Assembly (NCBI RefSeq): GCF_006345805.1 | Contig: NC_042998.1 | Span: 25,358,001-25,422,000, forward strand | Source: Octopus sinensis | Taxonomy: Eukaryota | Reading direction: 5' to 3' | DNA: 64,000 bases | Shown: in pieces, positions 12,341 to 24,200 of the stretch | Layout of the letters: every line of letters starts with the position of its first letter | Numbering within the stretch: the stretch's first letter is position 1 | Translations under genes and position numbers: made by a program | The notes under the pieces: generated by a model | Databases searched by the model: none | What the model was told of the DNA's origin: nothing | The model's input: the letters and a program-made list of their open reading frames with translations, nothing else

Positions 12341-12735
12341 GACGTAGGAGTGGCTGTGTGGTAAGTCGCTTGCTTACCAACCACATGGTCCCGGGTTCAG
12401 TCCCACTGTGTGGCACCTTGGGCAAGTGTCTTCTACTATAGCCTCGGGCCGACCAAAGTCTTGTGAGTGGATTTGGTAGACGGAAACTGAAAGAAGCCCG
12501 TCATATATATGTATATATATATGTGTGTTTGTCCTCCCAAAATCACTTGACAACCGATGCTGGTGTGTTTACGTCCTGGTAACTTAGCGGTTCGGCAAAA
12601 GAGATCGATAGAATAAGTACTGGGCTTCCAAACAATAAGTCCTGGGGTCGATTTGCTCGACTAAAGGCGGTGCTCCAGCATGGCCACAGTCAAATGACTG
12701 AAACAAGTAAAAAGAGTAAAAAAAGAGTAAAAAAG
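12341..12735 (+). mobile_element. SINE family 2, full length
   Basis: gacgtaggagtggctgtgtggtaag...gggttcagtccc...gtcaaatgactgaaacaagtaaaaagagta tail. Confidence 0.85.
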
Positions 12736-12847
12736 AGCAACCCACCTGCGATTAACTCCTCATTCTATGATAAAAACTTCCCATTTCAAAAAATAATCTG
12801 AATTAAAAGCTTCTATTAAAATTTCATGATAATTCATGTTCGAGAAA

Positions 12848-13065
12848 TAAGGCAGTGACCTGGCAGAATCATTAGTACATCAGGCAAAATGTTTAGCAGC
12901 ATTTCATTCGTCTTTATGTTCTGAGTTCAAACTCAGCCGAGGTTGACTTAGCCTTTCATCATTTCAGGGTCAATAAATTAAGTTCCAGTTGAACACTTGG
13001 GTCAATATAATTGAATTACCCCTTCCCCAAAATTGCTGGCCTTGTGCCAAAATTTGAAACCAATC
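12848..13065 (+). mobile_element. SINE family 1, diverged
   Basis: aaggcagtgacctggcagaa..ttctgagttcaaactc..gaggttgacttagcctttcatc. Confidence 0.7.
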
Positions 13066-13142
13066 CATATTCTAAACAATAACTTAATAATGGTAAAATT
13101 ATTTTTCTAAATTCCTCGTTATTTTCAAAATTAATTCAAATA

Positions 13143-13530
13143 GGCACAGGCGTGGCTGTGGTAAGAAGTTTGCTTCCCAACCACATGGTTCTGGGTTCAG
13201 TCCCACCGTATGGCATCTTGGGTAAGTGTCTTCTACTACAGCCTTGGGCTGACCAAAGCCTTGTGAGTGGATTTGGTTGACGGAAACTGAAAGAAGCCCT
13301 TTGTATATATGTATATGTTTGTGTGTCTGTGTTTGTCTCCTTACCATCGCTTGACAACCGATGTTGCTGTGTTTATGTCCCCTGTAACTTAGCAGTTCAG
13401 CAAAACGATACCGATAGAATAAGTACTAGGCTCACAAAGAATAAGTCCCGGGGTAGATTTCTTGCTCCAGCATGGCCACAATCAAATGATTGAAACAAGT
13501 AAAATAATAAAAGAATAAAAGAATAAAAGA
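13143..13530 (+). mobile_element. SINE family 2, full length
   Basis: ggcacaggcgtggctgtggtaagaagtttgcttcccaaccacatgg...gaaacaagtaaaataataaaaga. Confidence 0.85.
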
Positions 13531-13597
13531 AAGCAGTCTATGTCTACAGAAATATGATAAGAAAAGGGTTGAAGAATGAGATTGTATATATCAAAAT

Positions 13598-13924
13598 TGT
13601 TTTTTTAATTTTTTTATTTATGCACCCTTTTCAAGTCTAGCCTGGCTCATGGGCCCAGTTTCCTGGTTTCTGTAGCATATGTGTTCCCCACTAGCTGGAC
13701 AAGACGCCAGTCCATCGCAGCGTTACTCAAGAAACAGGAAGAGAGAGTGAGAGAAATTTGGGGTGAAAGAGTACAACAGGGTCTGCTACCACCCCCTGCC
13801 AGAGCCTTGTGGAGCTTTAGGTCTTTTCACTCAATAATCACATGCAACACCCGGTCTGGGAATCGAAACCGCGATCCTCCAACCACAAGTCCGCTGCCCT
13901 ACACCACTGCGCTATTGCGCTTCC
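13598..13924 (-). mobile_element. H1-headed SINE with A-rich tail
   Basis: tRNA-like head at 13850-13924; 12-bp TSD atatatcaaaat at 13586-13597 and 13925-13936. Confidence 0.85.
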
Positions 13925-14399
13925 ATATATCAAAATACCTGCTCGTAAATCTATATTTCAAATTCACAGGAATTGTTGCTGTGTGAATTTTGATATAATG
14001 TTGAATGGTCTGGGAATGTTACCTGCATTAATCCAGTGTTCTATGTACAGAATGTATATCTTCAATATTTAATGCTATAAAAACAGAGTGAGTTAAGCAT
14101 CAACCTTTAAAATACATTTGGTGTTTAGAAGATGTTTATTTATTTATTCATGTGTCATATGATAAAAATAATACGCTTTCTAAGTTGTTAATATAAGAGT
14201 GAATACAGTTTCGATATTAAATGTTATCCAAAACTAACAGTAAACTATATCGATAAAGAAAGAATTTGAAATTAAACTAAATGCAACAAAATAGAAAGAA
14301 AGATTATGAAGATATATTGCAGAAAAAAAAAAGAATTTATTAGTATTTTCATTGTTCCTTCCTGTAATTCCATGTTTTGGTGTAAGCACTAAATCATCT

Positions 14400-14506
14400 G
14401 TGTGTGTGTATATGTATATATGTATATATGTTTATATGTATATAGATATATATATATATATATTATATATATATATATATATAAATAGATATATAGATAG
14501 ATAGAT

Positions 14507-14547
<41 letters not shown>

Positions 14548-14554
14548 TAGATAG

Positions 14555-14623
<69 letters not shown>

Positions 14624-14637
14624 ATATATATAGAGAG

Positions 14638-14672
<35 letters not shown>

Positions 14673-14756
14673 GTGGGTGTGTGTGTATAAATGTACATAA
14701 TGTGTGTATGTATATAAATGTGTGTGTATTTATATGCATATGCATGTGCATATGTA

Positions 14757-14819
<63 letters not shown>

Positions 14820-14820
14820 A
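14400..14820. repeat. Compound (TA)n/(GATA)n/(TG)n microsatellite
   Basis: Direct inspection. Confidence 0.95.
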
Positions 14821-15102
14821 TCTTGTGTGTTAATGTAGTCGAGGGAGATCTATATATTGTGTAGGGCAGGGTGGGTGTCTTTGGTATTTGTATGTGTCTG
14901 CACGAAAGTATATGAAATGTGAGTAGAAACCCAATTTTGAGATTCTAATATTGCTCTTCTGAAATATGAAACATTCTTTTGCAATTTCATGGTGTGAAAT
15001 GATGCCTCAAGGATATTAGACAAGTAAGAAGCATGTAAGAAAGAGAGGAAATTGAAAAACTACTTAAAAAATAATAAAGCAGGTATCTGTCTGTATGTAT
15101 GG

Positions 15103-15135
<33 letters not shown>

Positions 15136-15188
15136 CACATGCATGCATATATGTGTGCTGTGTGGCTAAATATATTTTCGTATATATG

Positions 15189-15228
<40 letters not shown>

Positions 15229-16067
15229 TATACTTTTATTTATATATATAGATATCCTTATATTCATGTTTATGCCTGTTTGTATATAATACGTGTGAGA
15301 TGGATATAAATATTTTTAATATACACCTCTATACACCAGTATGCAATTATACAAATAGATATCTTGCTAGCAATTATATATGGATCTATACACACACACA
15401 CACATACATATATATGTGTGTGTGTGTGTGTGCCTATCTGTGTGCAGCTATATGTGTATGTGTGCATAAGTGAGAAGCACTTTTTCTTTCAACATTTTAT
15501 ATTGAAGGCACAGCTGTGGTTAAGTTTAAGCAATTTTTTGCTAAACTTTGCATATTTCCTCATTAGCTCTTATGTTTAATTTAGAAGAAAATCATGCTTA
15601 AATCACTTAGTGCATTAATGTTTGAAGACCCATTTCTTGGCCTCTTCATCAGAATGAAAGGATGATGTCAATGTTGCATTATCTTTATCTCTTTACTTCT
15701 TACAGTCATTAGATTGTGGCCATGCTGGAGCACCACCATGAAGAATTTCAGTCAAACTAATCGACCATAGTACTTATTTCTTTTTCAGCTTGTACTTATT
15801 CTATTTGTCTCTTATACCAAACTATCTAGTTATGGGGATGTAAACCCACTGACACCGGTTGGCAAGTAGTGGTGGAGACAAACACTGACACAAAGATACA
15901 CACACACACACACACACTTTTATATATATACATAAAATTAAATAATGAGGGTAGAAATTGATATTAATCAATTAAAACCAGTGCCTTAGCATATTTAAAA
16001 AATCCAAAGATTAAAAATTATATTACATACAAAATTAATTTTGTGTATATAAATATATATCCATAAT

Positions 16068-16153
16068 TGGATACAACTCACCCAACAAGAACTCACTACT
16101 TGAACAAAACTGGATACAACTCACCCAACAAGAACTCACTACTTGAACAAAAC
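16068..16153. repeat. Perfect 43-bp tandem duplication
   Basis: tggatacaactcacccaacaagaactcactacttgaacaaaac at 16068-16110 and 16111-16153. Confidence 0.95.
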
Positions 16154-16645
16154 TTGACTTAAACAGGATTCGAATAATCCTATCAGGTGGTGCTATTAAG
16201 TTAGACATGGCCTGGACCAATCTTTGGTCGAAACATATCTAAGTTTATCTAAGTTATACGTACATATCCCTTAATTTCGTTTACAGGAAGTGTTTTGAAT
16301 ATTCTATTATGCCAGCTACAGCCTCATGATACCAAGTATTTGGGATTGCACCAAGCTGTGCTGATGTAATGTAGGATAAATACAGTAATAACAATAATAA
16401 TCTTTGGATGGAATTTATATATATTTTAATGCATCACTACACACGTTTCCACAAATTACATGTTACTTAATATCATAGCCCATATTCCTGGGATGATTAC
16501 AGTTCAGTCTGTAGTATCCATGGACATTGGGGAGATTATGTTCATCCATTCATGGAATTTGTGGAAATGTGTGTAGCAATGATTTAAAATATATTATTGT
16601 AATATTATTGTATATTATTGTAATTACTGTATATGTATGTATGTT

Positions 16646-16698
<53 letters not shown>

Positions 16699-16721
16699 GT
16701 GATTATATATATATATCTCTC

Positions 16722-17094
16722 TCTATATAAACGGCAGTTTGTCTGTGCGTGTTTCTGTGTGTCTGTTTTCTCGTACCCTCACCCTGACCACGGCTTTCAA
16801 CTGATTCTGATGAAACTTGACACACACATAGCCCAATGTCATACTTCAAAACTAACGCAAAGAAAATTTTGAAAAGTTCCCCCAGTTCTGAAAAAGATCG
16901 GTAAATTCGACATGGGGTCGACAATCAGAAACACAAATCACAGGGGACGCAACTCGACCTTTTTAACTATCAAAAAAAAAATTTACCATCATTTTTTTTC
17001 CCATTTTTTTTTGCTATTTTTTGGCTATAACTCTCTAAAAATGCTTTATAGTTATTTCCCTTACAAACCCGAGCAACGCCGGGCGATACTGCTA

Positions 17095-17095
<1 letters not shown>
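16722..17095 (+). mobile_element. Non-autonomous Helitron (same 3' end as 11684-12196, different 5' part)
   Basis: TCtatataaa start; ends cccgagcaacgccgggcgatactgCTAG followed by T. Confidence 0.8.
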
Positions 17096-17133
<38 letters not shown>

Positions 17134-17134
17134 A

Positions 17135-17295
17135 GTGTTTTTCATTCTATCTCTATTTTCTCTTATTCCTTTTTGTTGAAGAGCATAGGCTCAAAATGTA
17201 AAAGACTTTTTCATTTTCCTGAACGTCAAACTAATACACCTGCTCGTTGTTCATACACCTGTCTTCATATTTTGTTTTTCTATAAATTTCAACTG
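17135..17295 (+). mobile_element. Family HH-A element
   Basis: ccttt TTGTTGA A GAGC ATAG GCTC AAAA TG TA aaaga at 17168-17205 (degenerate); flanked by (TA)n. Confidence 0.65.
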
Positions 17296-17326
17296 TATAT
17301 ATATAGATACATACATACACATATAC

Positions 17327-17366
<40 letters not shown>

Positions 17367-17569
17367 ATATAAAATTAAATTTTCTTATAAAGTATGTTTT
17401 TATGTATACTTTACAATATATGGATTGTATTAAAAAGTGTTCATTGCGAGCCAAATCGAAGGATAATGGAAATTATAGAAAGAACAAGTCTAGGCAATCA
17501 ATACAAATTCCAAAGTATAATTTAAAACATACAACGAAATAAATATACATACAAGTTTATAAATAAACG

Positions 17570-19700
17570 AACAAAATTGGATATAAAAAATTTTTACAAC
17601 CTTGATGTCGTTTTTGATATCAACCCTATGGTAGCTAATTTTCTTGACATTATATTAGACTTAAATACTTGGCTCTACTATCCATATAGGAAACCAAACC
17701 GAACCCTTCAATATATCAATGCATCTTCAAAACACCCCAACTCAATTATTAATGACATCGTGGTTGCTATTTCTATTAGGTTGTCAAACTTATCAGCTAA
17801 CAAACATATCTTTAAACAAATGCATCGTTTTATAACAATGCCCTGAAATTAAGCAGATTTGATAAAAGCATTTATTATATACGAAATACAAAATTAAAAA
17901 TGAAAATGGCAAATACCACTTCTAATAATTCTGTAGATTTAGGGAAATTAGGCCCATTAAATATACTTAGCCCTAATCAACCATAATTTAAAGGGTTTAG
18001 CTCAAGAAACCATGAACATTATAATAATTGTAATAAATATAACTATAAACTGTCTGCCCCTGAAAATCCTAATATATCCAGTAATTATAAACCTAGAATA
18101 TATGAGGTTGTGTGGTTCTCCCCTCCTTTCTCACACAGGGTTTGAAATTTACCTAAACTTTTCTTTAAAATTCTACAGTTAAATTTCCATAAACACCATA
18201 AATATTATATCATATGCATTAAATCCTCTGTAAAATTTTCATATTCTGTAACACCGAATTTAGGAGCCATAATAGCCTCAATAAATAGGAGAAAAATTAA
18301 GTGTGTTACTGATAAACATAATACTCTAGCTAGTAGCAATACCTTGTGTATAGAATTGGATGGAAACAGAATTAAGTGTATGGCTAAGGATAATAGCAAT
18401 AACAATAAATATATAATTTTGAAATTAGCTACCAAACCTAAGTCTAATCATATTATTATTTGGGACGACAAAAATAAGAGCATCAATATAAATAATCATA
18501 ATAATAATCATACGGATAAGAATGAGAATAAAAATAAGAAGATTCAGACTAGAGTAACATTCAATAAACTATGTAATTGTAGGGTCCCTGGCTCCTGTCC
18601 ACTTGCAGACTCATACCACTGCTATAATGTTGTCTATAAATGCGTGGTTTCTATATCTACTGGCCAGAAGAAGGTATATATTGGGAGCACAACCAACTTC
18701 AAAAGGAAATATAGAGCCCACAAGAATTCTTTCACAAACCCTAAATACAAGACATCCACCATTTTACTGGCCTTTGTGAATAACTTTAGATATAGAAATT
18801 TAATATATGACATGGTTCATAACTGCCAGCATTCCTCCATTTGGAATGTAAATTGTGTATTAGGGAATTGTATCTAATTCTAAAATTATTTAATGCTAAT
18901 ATGCTGAACAAATTTTCAAATGTGATTTCTTTATGTACCCATAAGTTCCATTCAACATTTCTAGACCTGCTAACTAAATCTATTAAATCTAATCTTATTA
19001 ATATTTGAATGTCTTTGCCATCAATCTTAGATCCTTCCATTCTAGCCAGTAAATTATCACTTACATATTATCTCTGTAATCTTACTAATAATAAAAAATA
19101 TACCCATAAGTTCTATTTAGTATTTCTAATGCCATATAGAATTAGACCCATTAACTAAATCTATTAAAAGTTATCACATTAATATTTGAATTCTTAACTA
19201 TGAACTTTAGATCTTTCCATTCTTGCCAGTATATTATCATTTGCATATGAGCTTTGAAAATTTATTAAAACATAAAAAGTTCTCCTTTTTTAATCTATCA
19301 AATTATTATCATGTAGGATTTCATCATGAAGGAAACCATTCTGATGAGGGGGGATTATGTTTCTGTATTCGGAATACTTAAAACTTAATTTATACATTTA
19401 TTGTACCCCTGAAACAGCTGTAGATAATATCCTTTACCTGAATTCACCCAAATCTGTATATATTTATTTTATCTACCTATTTATCTACCAATTTACCCCT
19501 GATTTAAAAAATTTTGAACATTTTGTGTAAACATCAAATTATTAATCAATTCTAACAATTCCTTTTGGAAGCTCTTACCTCAAATTTTTATCTTTATTTG
19601 TCACTCCTCTATTCGGTACCTGAACCCAATATACACGATGCATAGTTTTCACATATGACTTTTACATGTAAATTTATTCACTTATTTTAAAATTTATATG
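17570..19700 (+). mobile_element. Penelope-like retroelement fossil: RT thumb, GIY-YIG endonuclease and 3' hammerhead region
   Basis: 17577-17846 reads ANFLDIILDLNTWLYYPYRKPNRTLQYINASSKHPNSII..ISIRLSNLS (PLE RT thumb). 18344-18877 reads CNCRVPGSCPL..C.NVVYKC..KVYIGSTTNFKRKYRAHKNSF (GIY-YIG). Frameshifts and stops are present. Confidence 0.85.
19336..19428 (+). ncRNA. Type-I hammerhead-like motif of the Penelope-like element
   Basis: CTGATGA (19341-47), GGGGG/CCCCT stem II, GAAA (19411-14), palindrome CAGCTG, TA. Stem I is weak (att/gat). Confidence 0.6.
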
Positions 19701-19797
19701 CGCTTTGAAGCATCATTCCCAGGTCAGGTCGGCATGTTCGCACTCACGTTTCCACACATTCGCATTCCTGCTCTGGCTCAGGTGTAGCAGGAAGCCA

Positions 19798-20322
19798 GAG
19801 ACCCAAGAGATGGCAATACATAACCAGTCGGGACTAAGTCAGAGTAAACACTGGTGGAAGTCCGAAGTGCCTCTGACGTGCAAATCGATCATCAGAACTA
19901 GGTGTAGTGGTGAAAGACCAATCGAACTGTCTAGTAGCTGGTTCCCTCTGAAGTTTCCCTCAGGATAGCTGGCACCAGTGGGAGAATGCCATGCAATTCT
20001 ATCCAGTGTGGAGGCACATGGCCTAGGGGTTAGAGCAGCGGACTCACAGTCGAGGGATCGCGGGTTCGAATCTCAGACCGGGCGATGTGTGTGTTTATGA
20101 GTGAAACACCTAAGCTCCACGCGGTTCCGGCAGAAGGTAATGGCGAACTTCTGATGGCTCTTTCGTCACAACTTTCTCTCACTCTTTCCTCCTGCATCTT
20201 GCAGCTCACCTGTGATGGACTGGCATCCCATCCAGGTGGGAAACCTATATGCCAAGGAAACTGGGAAACCGGCTCATATGAGCCAGGTGTGGCTCGAGAA
20301 GGAACAAATTCTATCCAGTAAA
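19798..20322 (+). pseudogene. 28S rRNA gene fragment (diverged), interrupted by a SINE at 20008-20306
   Basis: gacgtgcaaatcg...atcgaac..tctagtagctggttccctc.gaagtttccctcaggatagctggc (19875-19973) is a conserved LSU segment. Upstream gaccc.a.agatgg and downstream tatcc.gtaaag also fit. Confidence 0.8.
20008..20306 (+). mobile_element. H1-type SINE
   Basis: ggaggcacatggcctaggggttagagcagcggactc...gggttcgaatctc; 13-bp TSD aattctatccagt at 19995-20007 and 20307-20319. Confidence 0.9.
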
Positions 20323-20578
20323 GTATATATATACTGAAAATACTGAGGCTTATATATGCTGGGCAACAGGCTGGTCTAAGACCGGTTTCAATGGAACAGC
20401 ATCACTGACCATGTTATTGATAATGTGATAAATTTTGAAACTGAATAGCAAATTATAAAGTAAAGTTGGGTGCTTTTGTGTGTTTATAAATGCCTAATAT
20501 ATCTTCTGCGTTGTAATTGATTTAGTTTCAACATATGGTCTCAGATCAAATCACTTGTCGGACAAATACAATTCTAAT

Positions 20579-21320
20579 GTGTGTGTGTGTGTATGTGCAT
20601 GTGTGCATGTGTGTGTGCATGTGTGCGTGTGCATGTGTGCATGTGCATGTGTGCCTGTGTGTGAGCACATGTGTGTGTAAGTGTGTATGTGTGCATATGT
20701 ATGAGTGTGTGTGCACAAGTGCATGTATGTATGTGCATGTGTGTGTGCACATGTGTATGTGTGTATGAGAGTGTGTGTGCATGCATGTGTCTGTGCATGT
20801 GTGTATATGTGTGTGTGCATGTGTGTGTGTGCATGTGTGTGTGTGCATGTGTGCATGTGTATGCATGTGAGTATATGTGCATGTGTATGTATGTATATGT
20901 GTGCGTGCAAGTGTGTGTGTGAGCATGCATGCATGTGTGTGCATGTGTATGTGTGCATATGTATGAGTGTGTGTGCACATGTGCATGTATGTATGTGCAT
21001 GTGTGTATGCACATGTGTATGTGTGTATGAGAGTGTGTGTGCATGCATGTGTCTGTGCATGTGTGTATATGTGTGTGTGCATGTGTGTATGTGCACGTGT
21101 GCATGTGTATGCATGTGAGTATATGTGCATGTGTATGTATGTATATGTGTGCGTGCAAGTGTGTGTGTGAGCATGCATGCATGTGTGTGCATATGCTTGT
21201 GCACATGTGTGTGTACGTGAGTGTGCATGTGTGTGTATGTGCCTGTATGTACATGTGTGTTTATGCGTGTGTATGCATGTGTATGTGCATTTGTGTGTGT
21301 GTGTGTGCATATGTGTTACG
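20579..21320. repeat. Complex TG/CA-rich satellite with an approx. 262-bp internal tandem duplication
   Basis: The atgagtgtgtgtgcac block starts at 20701 and again at 20963, with long colinear identity. Confidence 0.85.
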
Positions 21321-22321
21321 CATGAACTTGTACATGTACATACACATCAATGAGTATAGGTTAGATGGTTAACAGAATTGCTTTTTCTTTTCGTTTCTCC
21401 ATCTCACCGTATTATCCTTATGAATGATTTACTTTCGCTTTCACTTCTCCGTTTCTTACGTCAACCAAATTCTCTATTGTCAATCATAATTACTTTACTC
21501 CACATATTCTTTTAGCCATATACATTTCATAACTGATAAAACGACTACCATCTAATCTACATCGAAACTATTCAATATTCTGTATTCTCTTACATAAGAC
21601 CTGTTAATTTATATTTCAAAGAATTTTTATTACATGTTAGAAAATTACATGTTCAGGCAATCACAATTACTTCATTCTTTGCTAACCATTCCATTTTAGA
21701 TATATTCTCTTTACTCCTCATTTGTCACGACCATACAGTCTGAAATATCAAATACAAATGTTTATATTAAAGGGTGAATAGTCATATACAATATAAGTAC
21801 TAGTTATTATACTATTACCATACAATTCTTCAGAAATACTGCAGCTACAGAATATCCTAACAAACCATCAAAGGAGCTTCCACATGGTCTAATGAATTTT
21901 ACAAATAGCATCCAAATCTCCCTCATATTGCATTGTATTATCTTGGAAAAGGAAGGTCGTATTAGATGTGGTGGAGTTGAAGGGAGAAATAAAGATGGTG
22001 GTGATGAGGTGGCTGAGTATATAGTCAAGGTACAAGGTGAATAAAAGAGACAATAGGGACAGAAAATTGGGAAGGATGCATGTGTAAAGGTTTGTAAGAG
22101 TGTGGGAGATGAATGGGAGAGGATTTGAGATGAGTACAGGGGAATGCAATGAATGATAAATAAGGATAAAGGTATGATAAACAGGATATGTGGGGAGGGA
22201 GAAGAAGATAAGAAGTAACAGTAGCAGTGAAATAGAACTAAATGTAAACGACTAATCTGAATACTAAAACTGTATTCTACTCCAGCATATATTTTAAACA
22301 TCCCAGTGGTAATTCCTGGTA

Positions 22322-22960
22322 GTGGAGGCGCAATGGTCCAGAGGTTGGGGTAGAGGACTTGTGGTCATAGGATCGTGGTTTCAATTCCCAGACCAGGCAT
22401 TGTGAGTGTTTTTACAGCAAAAACACCTAAAGCTCCACGAGGCTCTGGCAGGGGATCATGGTGAACCCTGCTGTATTCTTTCACCACAACTTTCTCACAC
22501 TCTTTCTTCCTGTTTCTACTTTACCTGTATTTCAAAGGGCCAGCCTTGTCACACTCTGTGTCATGTTGAATCTCCCCGAGAACTACGTTGAGGGTACAAG
22601 CGTCTGTGGAGTGCTCAGCCACTTGCACGTTAACTTCACAAGCAGATTGTTCTGTTGATCGGATCAACTGGAACCCTTGTTGTCATAACTGACTGAGTGC
22701 TCCTTTGTGGAGGTGAAATGGCCCAGTGGTTAGGGTAGCAGATGCGGGGTCATAGGATCACAGTTTCAATTAAGTTTAGGATTAGGACCAGACATTGTGA
22801 GTATTTATAGAGCAAAAACACCTAAAGCTCCATGATGCTCCAGCAGGGGATGGTGGCAAACCCTGCTGTATTCTTTCACCACAACTTTCTCTCACTCTTT
22901 CTTCCTGTTTCTGTTGTGCTTGTATTTCAAAGGGCCAGCCTTGTCACACTCTCTCTTCCA
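22322..22960 (+). mobile_element. Two tandem H1-headed SINEs (22322-22705 full length; 22706-22960 3'-truncated)
   Basis: Repeated gtggagg..aatgg.ccag.ggtt head and aaaacacctaaagctcca body. Confidence 0.85.
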
Positions 22961-22964
22961 TGTA

Positions 22965-24200
22965 GTTTCCACATGTAGTTTCCTTCTGCATCATTTTATT
23001 TTCAGAATTACTAAGTACAAATGGACTATTGTTCTTCTATATACACATCTTACTCATAACATCCGGATTTTCTATAATACATTGCTTTGAAATCCAGAAC
23101 ATTTCCTGTCTCTGATCCTCATACTGTAGAGCATAGACAAGATTCATCCTTTCTGCTTTTCTCTTTGCAATGTAGACCTGACATCAAGCTTCTCTTCTAA
23201 CCACTTGATATAATTCTTCACTCTCTCTCTATTTTTACTGTCTTTCCAAGCCTGTCTCTTTGTCTTTATGGATTTGTCTGTTTTACTGTTCCACCACCAC
23301 CACTTCCTGTTTGGTTTGCTGGAACTTTGTACCAGCCACAGATGTAATTCATAATCCTTGGTAGGCTGTCTTCTAAGAACTTCTAGTAGTCCCTTATGCT
23401 ATATTTCCATCTCATTTTTCTTTTCATCAAATGCTTTAACTGGTACTTCTTTAAATTTATTACTACTCAATAGATCTTTAAACCTCCTTGGCTTCTTTTT
23501 CTAGACTGGTTTGTAAATATGAGCCCTACTAACTCAAAGTGTGAAGTCACTAAGTATTAATTTATTTTGGATTGTACACTCTTCACTAAGGAATTTCATT
23601 CACAGCTATCTGTCCCTTTCATTTTCTCAGTCAATCTGGTCGTGTGTTCACAAAATTGTTAGGCGACCAGGGGGTTGGGTAAATCCATGAAATTAGTGTT
23701 GTAGATCAACAAGTCATTTGCATCACAGAATTCCAGCAGCTTTGTTCCCTCCTCATTTCTAGAACCAAAACAGTAACCTCTTTGTACACCACTATATCAT
23801 CGACATCATCATCATTTAACGTCCGCTTTCCATGCTAGCATGGGTTAGACGATTTGACTGAGGTCTGGTGAATCAGATGGCTGCACCCGACTCCAATCTG
23901 ATCTTGCAGAGTTTCTACACCTGGTTGCCCTTCCTAACGCCAATCACTCTGAGAGTGTAGTGGGTGCTTTTACATGCCATCGGCACGAGGGCCAGTCAGG
24001 TGATACTGGAAGCAGCCACACTCAAATGGTGCTTTTTATGTGCCACCTGCACAGGAGCCCGTCCAGCAGCACTGGCAATGACCTCACTCGAATGTATAAC
24101 TTTTATGTATGTATATATAATTTCATCTGTGACGTCCAATGTACTGTAATCTGAACAGCCATTTCTTGTGATGAAAACATCACTCAGCTGACAACATTTT
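22965..24200 (-). mobile_element. RTE-clade LINE ORF2 fossil (endonuclease C-half and linker), split by a family 3 element
   Basis: GSRNEEGTKLLEFCDANDLLIYNTNF (approx. 23690-23766) and WWWNSKTDKSIKTKRQAWKD (approx. 23245-23305) are typical RTE ORF2 motifs. Confidence 0.8.
23800..24090 (-). mobile_element. Family 3 RTE-tailed retroelement
   Basis: catcatcatcatttaacgtccgctttccatgctagcatgggtt...gcccttcctaacgccaatcactc. Confidence 0.85.

Noticed and set aside
14023-14074. Minus-strand exon with good AG/GT signals
   Set aside because: Stop codons in all three frames, and such signals are frequent by chance.
15595-15655. Minus-strand CTGATGA...tcttc AAA CATTAATG CA hammerhead-like motif
   Set aside because: G12 and U16.1 are missing and there is no stem I. 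At best a dead relic.
16205-16245. CTG-GACC-loop-GGTC-GAAA-CATATC-TA hammerhead-like motif
   Set aside because: The core lacks ANGA and stem I cannot be formed.
21807-22301. 164-aa minus-strand ORF as a LINE endonuclease or gene
   Set aside because: Low-complexity pyrimidine-rich translation with only vague motif similarity.
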